A stretch of DNA of 64,000 bases from a virus (lineage: Duplodnaviria; Caudoviricetes): the IMG/VR virus record IMGVR_UViG_3300017913_001136, positions 20,908 to 84,907 of that record; one strand, written 5' to 3'. The position numbers and the translations under genes were made by a program. Numbering within the stretch: the stretch's first letter is position 1; every line of letters starts with the position of its first letter. Of this stretch, positions 57,765 to 64,000 are shown piece after piece. Below the pieces are notes generated by a model. That model was not told the origin of the DNA and ran no database searches. It saw only the letters and a program-made list of their open reading frames with translations.

Positions 57765-58166
57765 TTATTTTTTTAGATGTTTGGAATGAATTTTACAACC
57801 GATGAACTCGTTGTAGTATTCGTCGCTCAGGAGGACATCATATTGAAACTGAAGTTTCGCTTCATAGTAAGACATTTCTCCCTTAGTTCTGCAAAGATGG
57901 AGGATGTCTCTTCTGTATCGGTCTGTTCCATTTGATTCAACGAGATCTCGAAGTTGTTCACTAGATCCATAATATCTTTGCCAGTCGCTTTCCGTTCTGG
58001 TTCGTACTCGCCGAGATCGCTTTGAATTTTTCGGTAATACCTTCGGACGCCAGAAGTTCTTTTTACCGATATATTTCTTGCCTGTATCCAACTCTGTGAT
58101 GAGATATACGAATCCCTGATATTCTTCGGGTGTTGCCTCAAAAGGTTTGTTTTCATAATACCACAT
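57765..58166 (-). CDS. GIY-YIG-like nuclease domain protein (conserved T4-like)
   Basis: GFVYLIT...GKKYIGKK, WQRYYGSS, E...QF. Confidence 0.65.
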   Translation of the reverse strand: MWYYENKPFEATPEEYQGFVYLITELDTGKKYIGKKNFWRPKVLPKNSKRSRRVRTRTESDWQRYYGSSEQLRDLVESNGTDRYRRDILHLCRTKGEMSYYEAKLQFQYDVLLSDEYYNEFIGCKIHSKHLKK

Positions 58167-58174
58167 ACATTTAT

Positions 58175-58819
58175 TTATTCAAGTCCTTCACCGACATTAT
58201 TGAATTCAGTCATATAAGAATTATCTGTAACAACTTCTTTTCTGTTTTCTACGGAATATTCATTCATGTCAATTTTATATCCTGGATTGTCCGTGATAGG
58301 ATTGAATGTATATGATGCATCGTGCCATATAATTCTATTGTTTGGGTAAGCAAAAAAATTACCATCATCCATTTGAAACATATGCGCACACTTATGTTCT
58401 GGAGTTTCGGAAAAGTTTACGTTCGTGTTTCCTGCTTTATTTTCCCACCCCCAATCAAGAGTGAAAAGATATAGTCCGCTATGTTTATTGCCATCGATGT
58501 CTATGAGTTTTGCTCTAAAATTAGAAAGTCTTTGCCTTACTTGAACATCAATATATGGACTAAAACAATCCCAGTACATATGATATTTCAAATCATAAAC
58601 TGGAGCATCTTTTTTCCAACAGAAAGCATGGATAGGTCTACGAGTCCAGTTTACACCATTTTCTAAAAATGCTTCAAATAAAGGAACTTTTTTTTCTAAA
58701 CTTGCTACACTGTGAATATCACAAGGTGTGTATTCTCCATGCCCTTTAGCATGATTAAACATATATTCGTTTCTAATATATGCGCTGATAACAGGTATAT
58801 TATGATTTAGAAACGCCAT
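58175..58819 (-). CDS. Conserved hypothetical protein
   Basis: LENG..W.R.PIHAF, YLFTLDW, EHKC.H...DDGNF.AYPNNRI. Confidence 0.7.
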   Translation of the reverse strand: MAFLNHNIPVISAYIRNEYMFNHAKGHGEYTPCDIHSVASLEKKVPLFEAFLENGVNWTRRPIHAFCWKKDAPVYDLKYHMYWDCFSPYIDVQVRQRLSNFRAKLIDIDGNKHSGLYLFTLDWGWENKAGNTNVNFSETPEHKCAHMFQMDDGNFFAYPNNRIIWHDASYTFNPITDNPGYKIDMNEYSVENRKEVVTDNSYMTEFNNVGEGLE

Positions 58820-58954
58820 CTATTCATCCGTTATGTTTTCAACTTCTGCTCTACGACCACAACAAGGACAGAACTCAGGTTTTTCCGCATTATCAACCAG
58901 TACAATCGTCACCGAATCGCATTCCTCGCACTCTATTCGATATTCGTTTTCCAC
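58820..58954 (-). CDS. Small zinc-ribbon protein (44 aa, GTG start, not in ORF track)
   Basis: CEEC ... CPCC cysteine pairs. Confidence 0.55.
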   Translation of the reverse strand: MENEYRIECEECDSVTIVLVDNAEKPEFCPCCGRRAEVENITDE

Positions 58955-59102
58955 TTTTATTCAGTATCTCCTGTTTGCGATCGTCGTCGCTATAGTACCA
59001 TTCTCTGATATCTTGGGAGGAACGACCACAACCAATGCAGTAGTCGTCCTCCAGTTTGCATATCCTTATGCATGGTGATGCTATTTTAGAAATCGATTTC
59101 AC
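58893..59102 (-). CDS. DUF1289-like Cys-rich protein
   Basis: SPCIRICKL....CIGCGRS..DIREW; probable GTG start at 59102. Confidence 0.7.
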   Translation of the reverse strand: MKSISKIASPCIRICKLEDDYCIGCGRSSQDIREWYYSDDDRKQEILNKSGKRISNRVRGMRFGDDCTG

Positions 59103-61302
59103 ATGCTCCGCCAGCACACGCTGCTGCGGCAAGTGTGTCGACATCGGTGTATCTTTTTTCCGTGAGGTCATTTTTCCAGTCCACTTCTTTCAAGTTCTTT
59201 TGAATCTTGTTCCACTTGTGAAGCAAATAGGCATCCTTCAGGCAGTATTCAGTTTTCTTCATATCACCATCAAGATAGTTTGCAGCGAACTGCTCGAACC
59301 TGCGAACCCAGTCACGTTTCATGACTGTTGATGAATCATCACGAGTAATATCTTCGCCCATACCTTGTGCAGTTGCGCACGCAGTCCAAAGATTATCAAA
59401 TGCATTCAAAGCATCTACAACCATACCTGAAGCAAAGATTGCTCCTTGATCATATTTATTTACCATCTGATCCGCAGTAATAACCGCAGTGTTTGGTGCT
59501 TGGTTATAGTCTTTGTCACCAGTCTGAGCAAGGAAAGAAATACCTGAGAAAGAGTGGCGATTTTCAAATACATATTTTTCCACATCGTCCCAGTCATCAA
59601 CAATGATTGTATTTGACACATTATGACGGATACCTTCATCAGCACATAGTTCTTCGTTCGTGCCTTCTACGACCCAATACTTCTGTGCTTTCTTTACCAT
59701 CTCAAGATGAGCAACGCCAAGAAGTTCATCCTTGAACATAGAACCAAACTTTGGTACGATTGGGAATGATACCACAACGTCTGTACCGTTTGCGCTCCAC
59801 ACTGATTCTTCTACCATATATGGATTAGATTTGATAATCGCCTGTGTAATCTCAGATTCTTTATTCATCTGGATGTTACGAATGTACATTGGCGAATGTT
59901 CAGCATGGATTCCTGAAGCAGTTTGTAACAAGACGGACGCATTCCCAGAGGGTTTGACACAAGTAGTACGTGCCGCAGGATTAATCCCAATGATTGCTGC
60001 AACTTCTTTATTCACTTTCTTTACGATACTCGCACCCTTCTTCAAGATTTTAGTATCAAAGAGAATATTTGGATTATTCATCCAACCAGTGATAGATACT
60101 CCGAGCAATGCTTCACGATCAAAGATCTTTTTAGATATATCAGAAATAAATTTGAAATCTGTATATCCTGCCTGTAGGGTTCCGAGGATAGATGCTGCTC
60201 GGCATGCCTTATAAAAATCTTCCTCGGAAGAACACATGCCCCCATTGATCTCAGTCAAGTTACAACCCTGCCAACCTGACTCGCCTTCGTATTGCGGGAA
60301 CATGCCAATCTCAACACATGGATTGGTTGTGTGTTCTTTTGAAGTCGTGAAGTAAAATCCTGGTTCACCGAATGATTTTACTGACGACATAATCTTTGAA
60401 AACATTTCTGGAGTTGCTTCGTCACGAACGATAACTGCTGAGTTGTTTGAACGACCACGTTGTGGGTTGTCCATAAACCAGTTACCAGTCTTTGCGTTCA
60501 TCATCTCATCATCTTCTGGTGAGAAGAGGCAAATAGTTGCTGAACGACGAACACCACCTGAAAGAACTGCGTCTGCTGCATGCATACAAATATCATAAAC
60601 AGCAATCGGACGGATTGCGATTGGATCCTTTTGATCGATAACCATACCCTGTAGCATGTGTTCAATCTTATCTAAAGATTTACGCAGACCTTCTGGTCCA
60701 GGTGCTTTGAATCCACCACTGATCTTAGCACCCTTTGGGCGAATCTGTGATAGATCGAAGAATACACGACGACCTTCATAGTCTGGATGTTTACCACCAC
60801 CCACAAAGTAAGATGACATCAACACGTCAAGTGCAGATGCCCAACCTTCAATGGAATCTTCTACGATATAACCTTTTGCTTGCTTCGTGCGCTGTTGAAT
60901 CTTTGGCAGTTTACTTACATGGTGTTCTTGTACAGAAAACCCTGCACCTGCTCCACAAAGCAAAATGTAAAAGAACTCGCCGAAAAATGCTGGACGGTCA
61001 GCATATGATGATGTACAGTTATACATCCGCATCTGATGCTTCTTAAGTTGCTCACCGCCAAACTGCAAGGCACGTTGCGCACCTAACACACGCTGTTCTT
61101 TATAGGCAGTTCTTGCTTCTTCGATGTATTGTGATAATTCTTCTGAATGCTCGGAATAGTTTTCCTCATGCATTGATATGACACGATCGACTGCCTCATC
61201 CCAACTCTCGTAAGATTCATTGTCGTCTTTGAATCTTGAGTATCCGTCATAGAACTTTGTCTGGGATAAAAACTCACGTGTGTCTGCAAATCGATTTTGC
61301 AT
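59086..61302 (-). CDS. Ribonucleotide reductase catalytic subunit (monomeric class II/RTPR-like; class not settled)
   Basis: MYNC, NPCVEI, GCNLTE, LGVSITG, TCVKPSGNAS, C-terminal CAGGAC. Confidence 0.9.
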   Translation of the reverse strand: MQNRFADTREFLSQTKFYDGYSRFKDDNESYESWDEAVDRVISMHEENYSEHSEELSQYIEEARTAYKEQRVLGAQRALQFGGEQLKKHQMRMYNCTSSYADRPAFFGEFFYILLCGAGAGFSVQEHHVSKLPKIQQRTKQAKGYIVEDSIEGWASALDVLMSSYFVGGGKHPDYEGRRVFFDLSQIRPKGAKISGGFKAPGPEGLRKSLDKIEHMLQGMVIDQKDPIAIRPIAVYDICMHAADAVLSGGVRRSATICLFSPEDDEMMNAKTGNWFMDNPQRGRSNNSAVIVRDEATPEMFSKIMSSVKSFGEPGFYFTTSKEHTTNPCVEIGMFPQYEGESGWQGCNLTEINGGMCSSEEDFYKACRAASILGTLQAGYTDFKFISDISKKIFDREALLGVSITGWMNNPNILFDTKILKKGASIVKKVNKEVAAIIGINPAARTTCVKPSGNASVLLQTASGIHAEHSPMYIRNIQMNKESEITQAIIKSNPYMVEESVWSANGTDVVVSFPIVPKFGSMFKDELLGVAHLEMVKKAQKYWVVEGTNEELCADEGIRHNVSNTIIVDDWDDVEKYVFENRHSFSGISFLAQTGDKDYNQAPNTAVITADQMVNKYDQGAIFASGMVVDALNAFDNLWTACATAQGMGEDITRDDSSTVMKRDWVRRFEQFAANYLDGDMKKTEYCLKDAYLLHKWNKIQKNLKEVDWKNDLTEKRYTDVDTLAAAACAGGACEIDF

Positions 61303-61340
61303 ACATTTCTCCGATGTTTATGATTTATTCTTTAGGTGAT

Positions 61341-61370
61341 ATTATATAGTAAATGGAGGTTTTAGTAAAC
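61341..61370 (-). promoter_or_regulatory. Early promoter upstream of RNR
   Basis: GTTTACTAAAACCTCCATTTACTATATAAT (T4-like GTTTAC -35). Confidence 0.75.
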
Positions 61371-61400
61371 CCCCATTTTGCCATATTTTAGAATTATTTT

Positions 61401-61610
61401 TTAATCTTTTTTCAAAAAATATTTTTTGATCATTGCAATCTGATCATCGTACTTAGCGACCTCTTCGAGTTGCTTTTCGATTTCTTCGATGACTTCTGAA
61501 TGTTCACCGACCCCGACAGGGTTGGTCAGGTAGATTTCAATGTTTGCCAAGTGCTTATTGATATGCCCTTGTGCGTGTGATATAAGTGCTTTGATTAATG
61601 TTTCTTTCAT
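61401..61610 (-). CDS. Conserved small hypothetical protein
   Basis: NIEIYL.NPVGVGEHS...EEI pattern. Confidence 0.65.
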   Translation of the reverse strand: MKETLIKALISHAQGHINKHLANIEIYLTNPVGVGEHSEVIEEIEKQLEEVAKYDDQIAMIKKYFLKKD

Positions 61611-62065
61611 TTTCGTCGTGCCTTTTCAATTGCTCTGGATCCGAACCAGAATGATATAATTGCCGCAAAGATCGCTTTCGTATCTTCGTCCCATAATAAG
61701 TTTATCGCTTCAGCGAAGTCTGTACCTTTATCTAGTGCTTCCATTAATAGAGTAATCTCAATGGTTGCGAACAACCCAAAGAAAGCATATGTGATGACTG
61801 GTCGTACAGACTTTTGTAAACCAGATATGATACCTGTTCCTTTGTTGATACTTATATCATGTTGAATCAAGCGAGTATGCTCGTCATCTGCACCTTTCGC
61901 CTCATACATCTGCATATCATGATCGAACCCTTTCGCACGAAGTTCTGCCATGACTTTGATTTTTTCAATCTCATGTTTCTGATCCGCTTTCCTAGCGAAC
62001 GAATCAGTAATTGCTGGAACCGCAGAACCTGCGAATCCCAACAAAGATCCCAATATCGATAACAT
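61607..62065 (-). CDS. Holin-like membrane protein (3TM family)
   Basis: SVRPVITYAFF and IISFWFGSR motifs; hydrophobic N-terminus. Confidence 0.6.
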   Translation of the reverse strand: MLSILGSLLGFAGSAVPAITDSFARKADQKHEIEKIKVMAELRAKGFDHDMQMYEAKGADDEHTRLIQHDISINKGTGIISGLQKSVRPVITYAFFGLFATIEITLLMEALDKGTDFAEAINLLWDEDTKAIFAAIISFWFGSRAIEKARRK

Positions 62066-62073
62066 TATTTCTC

Positions 62074-62340
62074 CTATTCACCAATCCCGTGTTTAGCATA
62101 ATAATCACGAAATGCTTTCAATGGTTTAAGTTTCTTTTTAGATCTACGATCAAGGAATTTAGATGGACCCATCTTTGTAACTGCAGGATTAGGGATCGCA
62201 GCGGTGGTTGTATCTTCACCTTGCGCACTCCTCATCTGGTCGGGAGTTGGCGCACCCTTCTCTCCTGGTTTACGCATACGTTCACCAGAACCCCTTTTAA
62301 TTCTTTCACGTTTCTTGTGTATGTTTGCCCATAGACTCAT
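62074..62340 (-). CDS. Small basic hypothetical protein
   Basis: SLWANIHKKRERIK.GSGE.MRKPGEKGAP motif. Confidence 0.6.
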   Translation of the reverse strand: MSLWANIHKKRERIKRGSGERMRKPGEKGAPTPDQMRSAQGEDTTTAAIPNPAVTKMGPSKFLDRRSKKKLKPLKAFRDYYAKHGIGE

Positions 62341-62924
62341 TTGAATATCTCGCTTATTGTGACATAGACTTGTTGATTAGTTTTTACATGAGTTGCTTCA
62401 TATACATCTAAACCAAATACATCACCAACAGGATAACAATTATCTTCTATGCGTATCTGATCACGAGGAAAACAAAACTCTTCGCAAGTTGAATTGAGTA
62501 TCTTTCCTTCAAAAACTCTATACAATCCAGGAGATAGTTGCTTATCTTCAAGAACAAACCACTGAGAAGACTCAGATAAAAAGTCTAGAGATTCTACTCC
62601 GACTTCTTCTAGTATCTTTTTTAGATGACTATCGTTTAAGTTATATTTTTCTTTTATTAGAAAAAGTGCTGCGGCAAAAGAACCAAGTTTAGAACCACCT
62701 CCAGGGATTTTAGAGACGAGGCGTTTTATGTTTGCGCATAAACGTATGAAAGGAGTGTAGGATGCTTTCTCCTCACTCGTTTCAATCTTTTTATCTTTGA
62801 TCCGTTTACCTTCTTTATCAATGATACCCATCTTGTAGGCATCCCAGTTTTCCCACCGCATAACAAGCATGCGGATGAACCGAAAGGTGTATGTAAGATC
62901 TGCTGCTCTTTTAATAATACCCAT
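62337..62924 (-). CDS. Conserved T4-like hypothetical protein
   Basis: AADL.YTFRF, AYKMGIID..GK, YT.F.RL...IKRL. Confidence 0.7.
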   Translation of the reverse strand: MGIIKRAADLTYTFRFIRMLVMRWENWDAYKMGIIDKEGKRIKDKKIETSEEKASYTPFIRLCANIKRLVSKIPGGGSKLGSFAAALFLIKEKYNLNDSHLKKILEEVGVESLDFLSESSQWFVLEDKQLSPGLYRVFEGKILNSTCEEFCFPRDQIRIEDNCYPVGDVFGLDVYEATHVKTNQQVYVTISEIFK

Positions 62925-63283
62925 TAGATTTTTCTTAGTACCTCTACGACCTTTTCGTCCATAGGAAATATGCCGAGTTCATCACTTTTAATATAATTTA
63001 AAAATATGAGAAACGGTTTTATAACTGGCCAATGTTCCTTTTCTAATTTTACCCATAACATGTTTACAGCAGGTTCTACTCCAAACACATTGAAGATAAC
63101 AATAAGATGATTTAAAATCAAACGTTCAGACAATACACCACTTTCTAAGTAACGATTGACTAAACGCTTGACATATTTAAATCTTTTCAGATCCTCATTG
63201 AACTCCTCGATATCGGAGAATGTAGGATTGTAGTAATGCTTTGCAGCATAGAGAAGTAAATTATTTTCATTCAGATTTTGCAT
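62924..63283 (-). CDS. Conserved T4-like hypothetical protein
   Basis: YAAKHY.NP....EEF.EDLKRFKY.KRL..RY, RLILNH.I..NVFG. Confidence 0.75.
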   Translation of the reverse strand: MQNLNENNLLLYAAKHYYNPTFSDIEEFNEDLKRFKYVKRLVNRYLESGVLSERLILNHLIVIFNVFGVEPAVNMLWVKLEKEHWPVIKPFLIFLNYIKSDELGIFPMDEKVVEVLRKI

Positions 63284-63302
63284 AACAAATTATCTATATG
63301 AC

Positions 63303-63644
63303 TTACTCCTCGTCCTCTTCATCCGATTCAGAAATATGATCTTCGAGTTCTACAATCAGATCAGACTTGTTTTGTCTGCGATCTAGTTCAATCCCATGCT
63401 GGCGACCAAGTGCTTCTAATTCAAGTTTGGTCATTTCTTCAAGTGACTTATCAGATGCTGGTGCTTCTACTAACATTTCAGGCATAGAAGGAGGAGCAGT
63501 TGTAATAACATCTTGATTTATATAATCTGCTATATCCTCAGTTTTTAATTTTTGTGCCTTTAATAGTTCACCAGTTCTAGGATGAGTCCAACCCTTTGCG
63601 GTCGGAACTGCATCTTTCGCCCATGCGGGTGGTTTAATCGCCAT
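63303..63644 (-). CDS. Hypothetical protein with C-terminal Rho-N/HeH-like helix pair
   Basis: LEEMTKLELEALGRQHGIELDRRQNKSDLIVEL. Confidence 0.55.
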   Translation of the reverse strand: MAIKPPAWAKDAVPTAKGWTHPRTGELLKAQKLKTEDIADYINQDVITTAPPSMPEMLVEAPASDKSLEEMTKLELEALGRQHGIELDRRQNKSDLIVELEDHISESDEEDEE

Positions 63645-63645
63645 T

Positions 63646-63990
63646 TTAATTACCTTTCATTTTTTGATATGCTGCCATAACCCCTTTGATCTTTTGATCA
63701 CCAGAGCGAACAGCATCACCGCCAGAACGTGCACCAGCAGGTTTTGTTACCTTACCTGCCTTAGATGCATCGTCATGACCCTTCTCGTCAAAATCTGATT
63801 CCTTTTCAGTTTTTGCTTCATGGTCTTTACCCATATCTTTCGCACCTTTACCCTTTAATGCATCTTCAGGTTTTTCTGCCTTCGCTGCATTAGGATTACG
63901 ATTCTTCGCTGCATCTTCACCGAGAACTGACATCAGTCTATCACGGATTGATGCTTTTTCTTCAATAGAACGAAGAGTGTTGCCGATCAT
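63646..63990 (-). CDS. Charged low-complexity hypothetical protein
   Basis: 114-aa K/D/A/G-rich ORF. Confidence 0.5.
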   Translation of the reverse strand: MIGNTLRSIEEKASIRDRLMSVLGEDAAKNRNPNAAKAEKPEDALKGKGAKDMGKDHEAKTEKESDFDEKGHDDASKAGKVTKPAGARSGGDAVRSGDQKIKGVMAAYQKMKGN

Positions 63991-64000
63991 TCCATTCTTA

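Noticed and set aside
57765-58166. Mobile GIY-YIG homing endonuclease
   Set aside because: Only 133 aa, with no C-terminal DNA-binding repeats and no intron context; resembles a conserved stand-alone T4-like family.
59086-61302. Intein or intron in RNR
   Set aside because: The ORF is continuous, of ordinary length, and has no intein terminal motifs.

Overview
This 64-kb window is part of a T4-like myovirus genome (Caudoviricetes) of the marine cyanophage/pelagiphage-like type, AT-rich and almost fully coding. Left half (1-36.5 kb): a late morphogenesis block with tail-fibre-like proteins, baseplate wedge gp6/7/8/9/25/53, a split gp5, gp48, gp4, gp2, gp26/gp51 and a tape-measure-like protein. 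It is interrupted at 4.3-8.1 kb by an oppositely oriented glycosyltransferase/radical-SAM cassette. Middle: gp32, gp33, small early genes under near-identical sigma70-type promoters, and a structured intergenic region at 41 kb. 42.5-51.1 kb: a 13-gene glycan synthesis/decoration cluster. Right: nucleotide metabolism and auxiliary genes (HAD nucleotidase, PD-(D/E)XK exonuclease, PhoH, MazG-like, pyrimidine-dimer glycosylase, RNase H, ribonucleotide reductase, holin-like). The most interesting signal is a strong, selective enrichment of the dipeptide Asp-Ser in fibre and peripheral baseplate proteins, alongside about ten phage-encoded glycosyltransferase-like genes. I interpret this as a candidate phage-encoded virion O-glycosylation system with a D-S sequon. 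Other signals are a -1 slippery site joining gp26 to gp51, a catalytically degenerate amidase within the split gp5 locus, and a candidate structured RNA. All product calls come from motif recognition by eye; no database search was run.
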